Positions 8,991 to 22,760 of a stretch of DNA of 64,000 bases are shown here, one piece after another. Origin of the DNA: Hypanus sabinus (lineage: Eukaryota); NCBI RefSeq assembly GCF_030144855.1, contig NC_082718.1:106206001-106270000 (forward strand). The letters are read 5' to 3'. Under the pieces are notes generated by a model. That model was not told the origin of the DNA and made no database searches. It saw nothing but the letters and a program-made list of their open reading frames with translations. A program made the position numbers and the translations under genes. Numbering within the stretch: position 1 is the stretch's first letter; each line of letters begins with the position of its first letter.

Positions 8991-10205
8991 TCTCCTTGGC
9001 CAAAGAAGGATTTAAGTCCGATAAACAGTGCAACAAACGATGGCCAGACTGCTGGGTCGGACATGGTGGAGAAACTGAATAGGCTAGAACTTAATTCTCA
9101 GAGATTTAATAAAAAAAAACAGGAGATGACCTCATTGATACCAACAAAAACACTTCAGATGGTTCAACATTGTACTTGAAAGAATGATCACTGTATTTCC
9201 CCTAGCCAAGGAGTCACAGGCTCAAAATAAGGAGGCCATTTAGGACGGACTGAAGAGATGTCTTCCTTTTTCTCTAGGAATATAGGGTAAAACCAAGAAA
9301 ATGATCATCAAGTAAAAAGATGAAAACCATGGAGTAGCTCTAGGGGGTGAATGGTAAACTCCCGGTCTTGTTTCTCATCTTTTCATTAACTTTCCAGAGT
9401 GAAATTCTTTACTCAGATTGTAACAGATCTTTGGATATTTCGCCAACGATGATTCCGGAAACTCAGAATATATCCAAGGCAGAAATGATAATTTTTTTAA
9501 AATAATAATAGAATCAATGGTCACAGAGTTAGTTCAGGAAAGTGGTACTGAGACAAGAGATCTGCTCCTGTTTACAGTTCCTGAATTATTTTGTTCTTGC
9601 ATTTATAGTTTAAGGTCAGTGGCTCCAAATTCTGATGAAAGATTATTTACCGGAAATGTTAATTATTCCTCATTAGCTGTCTGAACTATTTTGAGCATTT
9701 TCTGTTTTTGTAAGCAATGAACTAATTACATGGTTTTAAAAAATGAACATCAGTCTAACACTTTAGTAGGCATCTAGATATTCTCAGCAATGTTAGTTGT
9801 TGATTTATGCAGACGTTCCCACAATCTGCTGTTAGAGATCCTCCTTCACGCTTGCAGAACACATGAGAAACTAAATAGTAGATCAAAAGCAAATTGGTGA
9901 CCCCAAGCTGCACGGCCAATTGAAGTCAACCATTTGGCAGAGTACAGTATTGTAAATTCATTTCATTGAACAACCGGGGCTTAATGCCTTGTGTTTGACC
10001 AGAAAGTTTGGTTTTCTTGGCAGTTTGATTTGATTATCAGGCAAGATCACCATTATGAAACACTTACTGTTTCTCTGCAAATAAACTATTGAGTGTTTCC
10101 ACTCTGTGCTGTTTTTATCATCACCATCCCTTGCAGTACTTTACATTTGATTTCAATTCAGCGTCTAGTAGTCTTGCCTCAGAAAACAATGGAATGTAAC
10201 ATCAT

Positions 10206-10302
10206 AAAGGGGAGGGGAGGAGGGAGGTGAAGAGGGAGAGGGGAAGGGGAGGATGAGGGAGGAGGGGGATTGAAGAGGGTGGGGAGGGAGGAGAGAGGGA
10301 GA
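10206..10302 (+). repeat. Polypurine (GA-rich) low-complexity tract, probably part of a Penelope-derived repeat
   Basis: About 95 nt almost entirely G/A with many G-runs. Confidence 0.7.
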
Positions 10303-10619
10303 GAACTTTTTTTAAGCGGAAGGAAAAATCGATATTCATAAATAAGGTGTTGTTCCTCCATCCTGAGAGTGGCCTCATCGTATAACAAGAGGAGCCCATG
10401 CCCCGACAGACTCCAACCTGCACAGGCATAGAAACCCAACCCGCTCCGCCCCACCACTACCACAGTGAGCATCTATATGAGGCCTGAAGAAGAGTCTCGG
10501 CCTGTTTGTTCATTTCGGTGGGTGCTGAGTGTGGTGCCCACTCAAGATGCCCATCATCAAGATGCCCACTGTCCCAGTCACGTTCCGTTCTGGCTGCTAT
10601 TGTCGGGTAGGAGGTGCAA

Positions 10620-11000
10620 AGGGCTCACAGCACCGGTTCGGGACCATCGTTGTTGAAACCCCGCATTAATCCTCCCATAGCAACGGAACAGGAGCAGCCG
10701 CGTGACCCCTGACGTTCGCCGCTTACCCCGGAAGTGGAGCTCAGCTCCTCTTCCGGGTCAATAGCAAAATGGCTGTTTGTAGGGCATTGCGGTTGCTGGC
10801 CGCCGACTCCTGGGGCGGGGTGGGTTTCCTCATTTACGGCTCGAGGTTTGCACCCTGTGTTTCTGTTAGAGCTCATTCTGGCAGCGCCGAGCAAAAGCAA
10901 ACTCATTTCGGATTTGAGAGTGTGCCCGAGTCGGAAAAGGCACAGAGAGGTGCGAGTGCGGGCGGTTCGGGCTGCGCTGGGAAGGTTCCTGAGGCTGGGA
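10620..11000 (+). promoter_or_regulatory. COQ5 CpG-island promoter
   Basis: CCGGAAGTG and CTTCCGG ETS/GABP-type sites 20-40 bp upstream of the ATG; AAAATGGC YY1/Kozak overlap. Confidence 0.7.
10769..10949 (+). CDS. COQ5: COQ5 exon 1 (mitochondrial ubiquinone-biosynthesis C-methyltransferase)
   Basis: Arg-rich presequence followed by THFGFESVPESEK; donor G|GTGCGA. Confidence 0.93.
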
Positions 11001-11149
11001 GGTAACTGTTGAGCCTGTGCTGTCCTCTCTGGCCCTCCCATGTCATCATAGCTCTGGTAGTAACGAGTATTCTCTTAAGGAAACTGGGCTAAGTATAAGA
11101 GTAGAATTGGGCTATTCTGCCCGTTGTCAAACAAGCAGCAGCAATTGGA

Positions 11150-11545
11150 CCATAGGATTCTAGGAGCAGAATTGGGCCATTTGGCCCATTGAGACTACCC
11201 TGCTGCTCAATCACCTTTTTTAAAAAAAATTCCATTCTCCTACCTTTGTCCTGTAACCTTTAACCAACTTGTCTATCAATAATCTTTCTATCTCTACCTC
11301 ATATACACCCAACGACTTATCCTCCACAGCCCCCTGTGGCAAAGAATTCACAGAATGCCCACCCTCTGCTTGAAGAAATTCCTTCTCATCTCACTTTTAA
11401 AGGAATATCCCTTTATTCTGAGACTCTGCCCTCATCATATACTTTCCTACCAATGGAAATGTTCTGTCCTGGTCTTTCGGTATCCAGTAGTTTTCAAAGA
11501 GCTCTCCCTTCATCCTTCTGAACACCATTGATTATAGACCCAGAA
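11150..11545 (-). mobile_element. CR1 LINE 3' fragment
   Basis: Reverse complement of a CR1 3' end (GGAGCAGAATTGGGCCATTTGGCCC..GAAGAAATTCCTTCTCATCTC). Confidence 0.75.
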
Positions 11546-13427
11546 AATTCAATCACTTCTGCTGACAAGTACAGGTCTGTTACAAGTTTAAGCTGATCGA
11601 AGTGGTGGAGGGATCCAGGCTGCTTTAAGTGATGATTTTGGGTTGGTGGTAGTCTAATTAATAAGACCTGGCTCTTTGATAATTGCTTTGGATCGAGACA
11701 CGTACCCAAATGTGGTGCCATGTAGCTCAGCTACAGCCCTAGAGGATGAGACAGGAAGAGAAATTAGTTTTATTCCAGATGAAATGGTTGCTTTAGTGTT
11801 TTAAATGTGATTATCATGATAGTTTATCCTGACTAGATCTCTTGATTTAAGCTGGGTGGGGGAGGAGGAGTGCGAGGAGAGACAGGTCATTGTAAGGCAT
11901 ACTGTGATTGAATTATATTGTATTCTGTTACATTGGCTGTTATGAAATTCAGTGCTATACTTTCTTGGTCTTCAGCTCCCTTTTTTTTGTAATTTTGCAG
12001 TGTCAGTGTACAGATCATCAGTTCCAGAAGATGACTTAAACTTTCTAAGTGTAGTCTATGAGCAGATACCCTTGTGTGTAACCTTGGTAAAGTGAGGCAA
12101 ATGTTTGCAAATGGTGAATTTGAAAGCAACTTTACCATAAAGCTATGTGTTTAGCAAGTAGCAGAGCAATTCTATTCATTTTTAAACTTATGTCCAGATG
12201 TCCTTTATTATGTTAGCAAAGTCTTTGCTGTATCCAAAATTTGATTAGCATCTGTTTAGTTGGAGAATTATGTTAAATCAGTGAATCCTTTCCTCTTCCC
12301 CTTCACACTTCTCTGAAAGAAAAGCATGAAGTTATAGAAATTAAAATAACTATTTGAAGGGTTGAATAACTAATTGAAAGTGTTTAATATTAGTGAAAAG
12401 GCATCAGGCCCAAGTGGATTTAAATTCTGTCAATAACCAGCAGAAAGAGGCCTTCAGAGTAGAAAGTCTGTTTTGTGCTGGATTCCTGTGGATAAGGATG
12501 GGGATCCGAGGTTAAAGGCCCTAGATGATGATAGTACAGGAATAAAATGGAAATTTATGACGAATATGAAGTTCACAATCAAACTTGAAACCTGGAAAAA
12601 ATGAAAACAGAGAAGAAAATCTGAGTAAAGATGGTCAGATGATTAGAAAAAAGAATGTAATCTTCTGGCAGAATTTATAAAATAAGAACACTGAAAAGAA
12701 AGTTGGGGTCAAATTAAAACCAGAAAATGAAATCAGCCTAGTGAGCCAGGCGCCATGGCAACGATACGATTTGTGTACTTGACTTCATTCAGCAAGATTC
12801 TGCACTTTACAATAAAGAAGTAAAGAAATTAGTTTGAACTATTATCATGCATGTATCATTGGTTTCTAAGACTCATGGGAAAAATATTGATAACTTCACC
12901 AAAATCTTTCAGTCTGTCAAGAATGTTGGAGTAGAGCCAGAAGGCTGAAAGAATGCAAATACACTTGTTTTTTTAATGAATGGAGAATTCAGACATTTGC
13001 CTGTCTGCCTAACATTCTGATCAAAGGCAAAGTTTATTGTCTGCACATACAAAGATTACTAAATGATATATAAAACACAAATTTGTAAATGCAAGTTATG
13101 TCTGACTAGCGTGATGGAGATACTAGCTTACCTTTTCTGGAGATTTGTGAGGATGTTAAAATTGCCTCACAGTGGACAAAGAATTTTGGTGGCCTGCTTT
13201 CCATTCCTAACTTCAGTGAAAGAAGCTTTGACCAATTATGTAGTTGATAGGTATACAGTATATGGATTATACATATGGATGTGATGTTATGTATAACAGC
13301 TCCAAACACAACCACTGCGCCAAAGTAATGTACCCAGTCAGCATTTTGGATCTAAATGCAAGTTTAATCAAAAGTACTTAAAAGCAGTCTAATCCAGTTA
13401 CAATTATAACATTTATTTTATTCACAG

Positions 13428-13577
13428 TTTACAAAGTGTTTAAAAATGTTGCTGAGAAATATGATGTAATGAACGATGCCATGAGCTTTGGCATCCACAG
13501 GTTGTGGAAAGATACACTTCTTCATACAATGAACCCACTGCCTGGAACAAAATTACTCGATGTCGCTGGAGGGACAG
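13428..13577 (+). CDS. COQ5: COQ5 exon 2
   Basis: [37 protein letters not shown] (SAM-binding motif I); AG/GT boundaries; 150 nt. Confidence 0.97.
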
Positions 13578-15599
13578 GTACAGTAATTACTCATAGTTTT
13601 CCTGTACTATTAATAGAATCTGAATATTCTATGAGTCTTGAAGTGGTTGCTTTCCTGCCAGCTACTACCACCTTTTTTGTCTCTTTAAAAAATCTTGGAC
13701 ATTAAGTTATAAACAACAAGGAAAATATTGCCACCCTCTACTGTATGACGGTTATCTTGCTTTTAAAGAGGGTATCGAGTAGCCTAGTCAATGAGAGAAA
13801 GTCATTTTCCATTATTTGTACATTCAGAAAGAAACTGATTATCCATTGAATGTGATTTGTATTAAAATTTGAAACAAAGGGCTAAATTGGTATGTTAAGG
13901 ATTAACTACTTGACCAATTTTTTTTAAGTGTCAACCCAGATGATTTATACCAGTGAATCTCAAATTTTTTATGGATTACCAGCACCTTGGTACCCAGACT
14001 CCATTCCAAGTGTCCCACACCCCTCTCATGACATAAAATCTACAAGGAATTTTGATTTATGAAGCACAGTGAAAGAGAATAGGAAATGCAAGTCCAAAGT
14101 GGTGACAAGTCATTGCAAAAGTTATTCAAATCTATTTAAAGCTACAAATTATTTTTCATTTAGTTACAGAAAAAAACATTTTTCATCAACGATTTCAGAG
14201 AACACATTTACTACTTATGGTGTCTTCTTCCTTCAGTTCCACTCTTGAAGAAGGGTCTCTGCCTGAAACGTTGACTGTTCATTCATTTCCTTAGAAGCTG
14301 TCTGACTCGCCGAGTTTCTCCAGCATTTTCTGTGTATTGCTTTGGATTTCCAGCATCTGCAGACTTGTATTTATTCACTACTTCATTGCTTTTTCACCTT
14401 TCAATGGGATGGACAGGCTTGGTGCAGAGATATCAGGCTCTCAACATCAGACTGAATGTCACTCAGAAGGAGTCTCAGATTCCCACGTTCAGTAATCTGC
14501 AGTCTGATTCGTTGCTTTGAAAGAACTCGGGTGACGGCACTGAAACCGTGCCCTACTAACTACGATGTTGGAAAGACAATAAAGAGCATCTTGACCTTTT
14601 TCCACACTGCAGGAGAGCATTTAGAGATTTCTTCCTGTAACCAAATGATATGAATTTTTGAACTTCTACTTCAGCTCAAAGTCATTTTGTAGCGAGAGTA
14701 GTTCTTCCTCCTTCCTTCCTGTTAATTCCTCACTACAAGTGTTCAGGAATGGATTTATTACCCAATCTGGAATTTAGATTGAGAGAAGATCCTGAAATCT
14801 CTCTGACATGTCCTGCAGCTCACCCGGATGGACACAGTATACTTAATGGCCATCATCTGGTCTTCTTTCTTCCTCTTCCAATTCAGAGAGGCTCAGAAAT
14901 TGGAAAAGGTCGCAAAGGCCAATGTTACATTTAAGTAGAAATAACTTGGACAGAAATGTCGAGACAACTGATTTGATTTTGAAAAGATTCACATAATTTC
15001 CTTGCAATTGAAGATTGATTTTTATTAATCTTTGCAAATAATTCTGACAAATAAGCAATGTCATGCCTAATGCTCTTGAGTTGATTACCAAATGAAGCAT
15101 TTAAGTCTTCAAGGGATTTTATCATAGTTTTAAAATGTTCATAAAAGCATCTCAAGCGTTTCCTTTTGAGAGTGATCCGATGCACATGTGTGGCAGCAAG
15201 CATTCAGACTGTTTATCATTCTCAATACAAACCTCTTGAAATAGTCAAGAATTGAGAGCGTGGGACTTGATCTTATTTACTGCTGTGATAACAGTATTTA
15301 CTGACTTTTGTAGCCTGTCACTTAGACCTTTTGCAACAAAATATTGTCTGTGAATCACAGAGTGAATGGTAAATATGTTAGATACAGCTTTTTTCAAGAA
15401 AGTAAAATCCCTGAGGTAGTGCTTTACCTGTTGTACAAGAAAGAAGGTAGGTGAAAGGAATGTCCCTGTTTGGAAAAATTACTCAGCAACCTCAAATATT
15501 GACTCCCCTTCGTATCTGTTTCTATTTCCCTTGCAAATAATAATTTTTGAAACTTGCTTTCACCTTTTCTGAAGCAGCCACAAACCAACCAAGCAAAGA

Positions 15600-15880
15600 T
15601 TCGTTTCCCGGCAGTTAGCGTGACACTATTACAGCTTGAGGTGTCAGTTCAATTCAGACATCGTTTGCAAGGAGTCTGTATATCCTCCCTGTAAAATGTG
15701 CGGATTTTCTCCAGGTCCTCCCACAGTCCAAGGACATACCACTTAGTAGGGTAATTGATCATTGTAAATTGTCCCATAATTGTCAATTTAACCTCAGGAT
15801 AGGTTAAATTAGGGGTTGCTGCACTGTGCAGCTCAAAGGGCTGGAAGGGCCCATCCTGTGCTGTATCTCTAAATAAACTG
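15600..15880 (+). mobile_element. V-SINE/HE1-like SINE
   Basis: GTTAGCGTGACACTATTACAGC..AAGGAGTCTGTATATCCTCCCTGT..CCCACAGTCCAAGGAC..TGTATCTCTAAATAAA. Confidence 0.65.
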
Positions 15881-17896
15881 CAGGGCAACTTGTTGTCCGA
15901 AGTATGTTACACAATTGTCTTCTACATTCTCGGACATTTCATCTGTTTGTCTTTGAACAGTTGTTGCTGAGTGGAATTGCTTTAGTTATTAGGTCTGGTG
16001 ACTTAGGCAAAATCATACTTCGTTACTGCTGGCAGAATCAGTTCTTCTCCTATTGTATGGGGCTTTCCAGATTTAGCAGTGAACCATGAAATGTTATATG
16101 AAGCAAGCAAACAACACTGTTTTGTTGTGAAGTGTTGGCAGATATCTTCTGAAATGTTTTCTATTTCTGGAAGTTCTCACAAAGTGAAAATAAGCCAGGT
16201 TTCATTTTCTTTATCAGAATATGTTCTCTTCAAATGCTTGAGGAGCCTGGATGGTTTCAGTGTCTCATTTGTAAAAGTAAAACAGACACATTGGCTGCTG
16301 TTGATTGATTGATGCTGCTATAAGTCCGTATTTCACATACTCCACATTATACTTCTACACTCTTTTGTTTAGTCTACTTCTGCCATTTACATTGATGAAA
16401 TTACATTATATTGTGCCGTGTAATGTGCCCATGTGAATTTTGTGTTTATAAGAACAGAGAAGATGGATATTTGGCTCATCAGGTCCATGGCTGCTGACAG
16501 GAAAACAATCATTTGTCCCATAATCCTCTCATTTCCCTCTACCTTTACCCTGAAATACTCTTTTTTTCAGCTTTTGAACAACTCTCCATTTGTTTCTTTT
16601 GCCCATAATCTACATTAAGCTTAATTAACAATTAAGTACACCTTGAAGATGTTGGAAGAAACAGCAACATGGGGGAAATCCATGCTGTGTTAGAAAGTGT
16701 GTGCAATGTAGTGTATATTGTCAGCTTTTTGATTCCACTCATTCTAAATCTGCCTACACTATTATTTTACTACAGAGGGAATGCATGTTACTTAATTGCT
16801 TGAATGCTGGAAAATATATTTCTTTTGGTTGCTCCTGCAGCTGCTAATTTAATTTCTCATGCATGATTTTTTAATTATTTTCTCCAGAATCTTGATGGAT
16901 TAGTAGTATTTCCATGTATTTAAACTGTACAGTATAGCTTTCTGAGCTTTACCATGCTTTTTTTGAGGTATACATACACTTTTAGCGGGGATCACTGATT
17001 AAGACAAAGGAGTATAAATTATTTTTCTTCCTCCTTTTTACTCCCCCAGTACAGATACACAACATTCAACTGAGATCAGCAAAGGCTGCTCTGTAATTGC
17101 TCCAATTTTCTCCACCGAACATCAGGGTAGATGTATTGAAGTTAGCACTGATTTTTTTCCTATAACAGTAACTTCATTCTTGTGCTTTATAGTCTACTTT
17201 GAAGCTGTTTGGCCAGCTTTCAGTTATTTTTATTGCTAAATGTCATTGGGGTAAGAAATTTCCTGGCATTCAGTAGGTCCTCATGAAGTACTGAAGAAAG
17301 CTGAGATTCTGGCCAGCATAGTAGGAAGAGAAACTGTTATGTTAGTTACAATGTGAATATTGTTAAGTGAAAATAACATGTATGTTTAGATTAGGTTAGA
17401 GTAATACTTTCTGTTCTTATATTTTATATTCTTAAGAAGTTGACAGTTGTTTAACTAGTTGCCTGGTGATACTTGCCTTTAAGTTGTACAGCTGTAGGAA
17501 ACTACCGCATCGTTGTCCTGAGTAAAACATATCGTGAATTTTTAAACTCTGTTTGGGTAGTTAGATTAACCTGATGGGCTGACTATCTCTAAAGTGGGTT
17601 GACTCCTTATGTTTAGCAAACATCACGGATGAGTCCAAATCAGTCTTCTTTGCTGAAAGAACATTGATTCAGTAAGCAATGTTTGACAGCATTTAGGAAT
17701 GGCTGATACTTAATGTATTATCTCACTTGTCACTGTGCTTCCCATCCAATTACTTTATTGTGCCCTATCACTGTGATGCAGATTATTTAATGCTACACGA
17801 TTGGAGGATTATGTCTGGGACTTTCCTGGTTTGAAAGGCTCTTCCTCAGATCGGGAGGATTATAAAAGAATTAAAAATGCTTTTTATTTTTTTCAG

Positions 17897-18124
17897 GAGA
17901 TATTGCCTTCAGGTTTATGGATTATGTAAAATCGCAGCAGGAAAGACGAAGACGGCAAGCAGTGAAACTTCACCAGAGTCCTTCATGGCAACAAATCAGT
18001 GATGCTTATCAACAGCAAAATGAAGCTGATTCAGATCTGGAATCCAAAGCAGTAATCTGTGATATTAATAAGGAAATGTTAAAGGTTGGAAAACAAAAGG
18101 CAGAACAGTTGACCTATTCTGAAG
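17897..18124 (+). CDS. COQ5: COQ5 exon 3
   Basis: DIAFRFMDYV..VICDINKEMLKVGKQKA; AG/GT boundaries; 228 nt. Confidence 0.96.
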
Positions 18125-19972
18125 GTAATGTACATTTAAATCTTAATTTATTTCCTCTCAGTGGATGGGAAAGTAAAAGTGAATTGGAACATCAACAAAT
18201 TGGTCTCGGTCCAAAACGTCAGTTGTTTATTCACTTCCACCGATGCTGCCTGGGCTGCTGAGTTCCTCCAGCACCTTGAGGGTGTTGCTCTGGATTTCCA
18301 GCATCTGCAGGTTTTGTTGTTTGCACAATTTTTTTTTCCTCTGCACATTGCATGTTTGTCAGTCTTTTTTTAATGGGTGTTTTTGGATTGTTTTGTGGCT
18401 GCCTGTAAGGAGACAAATCTCAAGGTTGTATAATGTTTATGTACTTTAAACTTTGAATTATCCCATGCAACATACAGACCCTGGTGGACTCAGTGTGTCA
18501 GGCACAGCTTGGAAGTAAATGGACAGTCAATGAAGAGCTTTCATCAGGATTGGAAAGAAAGAGGGAGTTGGCCAGTATAAAGAAATGTGAGGGGCAGAGT
18601 GAGACCTGGTGGAAAATGGATGGTAGTTATCCCAATACTGGTGGATTGAGAGAGATTGAAAGCTTCAATATTAGTTCTGTTTGTGTATCCAGAAGGATCA
18701 TGTCATTCATTGTGCAAGTGCTCAGTTCCTGTTTTAGAGTATGAGCAAATTCACCAGTAATGGAGAAAGCTACAAAAGGGAGTGGTTGGAGCCAAGAGAG
18801 GGATCAATCTCTGGGCCACAACTATATTTTTGTACAGTATCATCAGGTACTGCAGTACTTGATCAGGCTAGTTTGTCAAAGGCCTATTTTGTTTTGAGAT
18901 TATTGGATTTATTAAGCTTTTTAGGGATGAGCTTCCATTTGTCCCATCAGTAACATTGTTGTTTATGCTTCAGATATGTTGCTGTTCTCTCCCCATTCCT
19001 CAGCTTCATTTCTTTTGAAACCCTTACATCTGCCTTCAGACCTGACCATTCCTATACAGACCTGTATGGTCACCCATCTCCATGAACTTGAAATCATTCA
19101 AATCCTGCTGCCCATATCCAGATATCCAGGCTCTGTCCAAATTCCCCTGTGTTGCACCCAGTTGAGCAAAGACTTCAGTTTGAAATTCATGTCCTTGTTT
19201 TCAAGTCCTTCCATTGTCTCATAAAATTCTTATGCCAGGTAAGGTCCACTTGCAAATCACTGCTTTCCTTGCTAACCTACATTGGGTGCCATATATTACC
19301 TGCAATTAAAAGTGCTGCCAATTGAAGTGTGCCATGTCCTCACACTTCTATAATCCCATACAGCCTTTTTCTATTCTGCATCCCGTTCCTCCAATTTCTG
19401 ATCTCTTTAGTCATTACGTGTTAATATTTAGCTCTGACAAAGCCTCTTTCCACATTGTCTATCTCTCATTTTCCTACTCTTTCTAAGACATTGTCTAACC
19501 AAGCTTTTCACCATCCTTCATTGTATCTCCCCTTGTTTGGTAAGTCCTTGTCTGATTACTTCATGAAATATGCAGACAGTTCTCCATTAAAGGTGGATCC
19601 TTGTTGGGAGAGAACCTGGATTACAATTTATATTAGATTGTACATTAGTAGATGCTTGTGAAATTGATTGGAATGTTTTGAAGCTGCTTCACTAAAGATT
19701 CCTTGTATGCTGAAACAATTTTTACAATGTTTAGACATTTCCCCAAAAAGCTCCAGTTCTGGCTGTTTTCCAGTATCTTTGTCCTGGTGATATAATTCTC
19801 CTGAGATAAACTTAGTCCAGCTCTTACTGTTTGCCCATGGGTAGAATACAAACATCAATCAGAGGTCAGATGAGAGTTGGTTGTAAGGAAAATTAGTTGG
19901 AAGGAGTACTTTTTGAGTAAGAAGATTATAGGATACTGTATCTCAATGTTCATATTTGTTTATTCCTTGCAG

Positions 19973-20079
19973 GTTTGTCCTGGGTGGTGGGAAATGCTGA
20001 AGAGTTACCATTTGATGATGACAAGTTTGATTTTTATACAATTGCCTTTGGAATTAGAAATTGTACACACATTGATCAC
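19973..20079 (+). CDS. COQ5: COQ5 exon 4
   Basis: [35 protein letters not shown]; donor GTAAGT; 107 nt. Confidence 0.97.
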
Positions 20080-20188
20080 GTAAGTACCTGCACAGAATCA
20101 GCCGTGACTAAGTTGTGATCACTTCTGAGAGAAAGCTTTCCTTTGCCACTTTCAGTTATTCTCCCAATCCAGCCATTGAAAATGCTGA

Positions 20189-21142
20189 GCTGACACACGT
20201 AAAAGTGCATTACAAAGTTTTCAATCCCTGCAAGACAAACACGGCCTAGGACACGACGACTTTTTTAGTACCTTCAAATACCTACTTTAACCAGAGTTGT
20301 AGATGTACAGACTTATCAACAGCAGAATTAGAAGTTTTCAAGATTTTGAATTTGGCTTACATCTCAATACCAAGTAAATCAATTTCTCGATTATACAATG
20401 CCTTCTCTCATGCCAAAAATGAAAACACATTGTATTTTAAACAGAAGTGGGAGAAAGAAGGGGGATTGGTGCTTTCAGAGGTGGTTTGGGGAAAAAATAT
20501 GCAGTTTTCAGTGGTCTTCAACTAACTCTTTGGCACATTGCTGGAAAAATATTATAAGCTACTTCAAGACCCCATACTAGGAAAAATATAAGGACACAAA
20601 CATGTTGTGTTGGAGATGTGGCTCCAAGGAGGCAAATCATTTCCATATTTTTTGGAATTGCCCTAAATTAAGTTTATATTGGAAAGGTATTCACAGAATA
20701 TTAGTTAAGGTATTTAAGATACAGATACCTCTGGACTTCGTGACTCTCTATTTGGGGCATGTATTGTTTTCGGAACAGAAGGAAGATAAAAAGTTGCTGC
20801 AGGCCCTTTTAGCGGCAAGTAAGAAATCAATCAGCAGAAAGTGGCTAAATCCAGTATCACCTACTTTAGAAGAATGGCCTAAATTTATTTTGGAAATATT
20901 TAAAATGGAAAGGATGACTTACTCCCTGAGAATTCAATAAGAAAAATTTTATCAAATTTGGAATAAATGGATTGAATTTATAACCCCAATGTGAGCATAC
21001 TTTAGATGATTCTCCTAATGGTTCATACTGCTTTTCTCATCAACATGGTAACAGTGTTAACATAAGCTACCTTGGTTTGAATGTTCACTGTTTTAGTTCT
21101 GGAAAGCGTGGAATTAAAATTTTAATAAAATTCTAAACAAAA
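20189..21142 (+). mobile_element. 5'-truncated L1/Tx1-clade LINE
   Basis: CWRCGSKEANHFHIFWNC C-terminal CCHC motif (ORF 20602-20940); AATAAA plus A-rich tail; TSD GAAAATGCTGA at 20178-20188 and 21143-21153. Confidence 0.85.
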
Positions 21143-21276
21143 GAAAATGCTGAACTATTTTGGAGTCGAGGTTTAAATGCAGTGCACTTTGCCCAATATA
21201 TCTGTTTCCACCTCAACAATGATGTCTCTGTTGCATATAAAGTTTCTGTTAAAACACTCTCATCTTAACTTGATGA

Positions 21277-21435
<159 letters not shown>

Positions 21436-22760
21436 TAAAGCAGCATTAATGAAGCAGAAATAACTGCTGTAAGCAAGTAACACTGGGGGAAAATTGAAGA
21501 ACAAACTGTCATTGTTGGAAAACTGTAATGAAAAAAACACAGGAGCTACTGTGTAGTGAAGCAGTGTCTGCGGAGTGATTAGTAAAATTATTGTTTGCGA
21601 TCAGAGGTCCTTCCTGTTTGTGTCAGAACTGGCCATTTCTGACGTAACTAAATCTGGTTTCCTTTCTTCAGAGCTGCTGTCTATTCTACTGAGCATTGTT
21701 TGTCTCTATCGCACAGTCCCAGCATTTTCCACTCGTTCAACTCTCTCTATTTATACATCTCGAGACAGATCAACTGAGATTGACAAACATTCATCAGCTT
21801 TTCTCAGGTGGTATCAGCAGCATTTGTGTCACCTAGAAAACCTTGGATTCTACCCTGTCACAGATATTCCCTCTATTCTCTCCACGCCTCTTCTTCCTTC
21901 CAATTTAAAACATGCTTATTTTCACATCTTTCCAATTCTGATGAAAGATCCTTAACTGGAAATGTTCCAATTGCTTCTCTCCCTACTTTAACTGCTGAGT
22001 ATCCATCTATTTTGAAGATTATTACTATGATAGAAGCTGGCTTTCTCTTTAGAAAAGCAAAAACAGAATTAGCCAACTGGCACTTTTCGGCAGCTCTGTA
22101 CTTCAAAGCTAACCTTCTAACTGAATAACATTACTCTGCACTGTTCCAATGTCACTTACATTCCAAAATCTGTTGATCTTTGTTTTAAATTAGCTCAGTG
22201 CTTAAGCCTCCACAGCCCCCTGAGATAGATAATTTCAAAGTTTTACCAATCTCCAAATTAAAGAAAATTTTCATCACCTCAATCCTAAACATCTTGCTGT
22301 TTATTGTGGGACTGTACTTCTGGTTCGGCTCTTCATCCAAATCAAATTCTCTTCATCCAACTCAATGAGATTGCCTCTCATCCTTCCAAGTTGTAATAAC
22401 TCAAATCCTGCTTGAGTCAATCTCCACATACAGCAAATTTATCATCCCTGGAAGCAAAGTACCAAATTTTCACTGCGCTCCCATACGACAAGTGTGACCC
22501 ACTCCTTCCTCTTAATTCCACCTGGTTTTGTATTGTCAGCACATCTGGAAATGTGCTGTTTGATTTCCCTCAGCCAAATTATTGCAATGTGTGGCGCATG
22601 GCCAAGTGGTTATGGTAGTGGTCACCAACCTTTTTAAGCCCAAGATCCCCTACCTCGGCAAGATCAACCCCAGATCAATTAGTTACACACATGCACACCA
22701 GGGCAGAAAAGACCAGAAGTAAAATCCCGCAACCCGGAAGTGGAAATAATATATGAACAC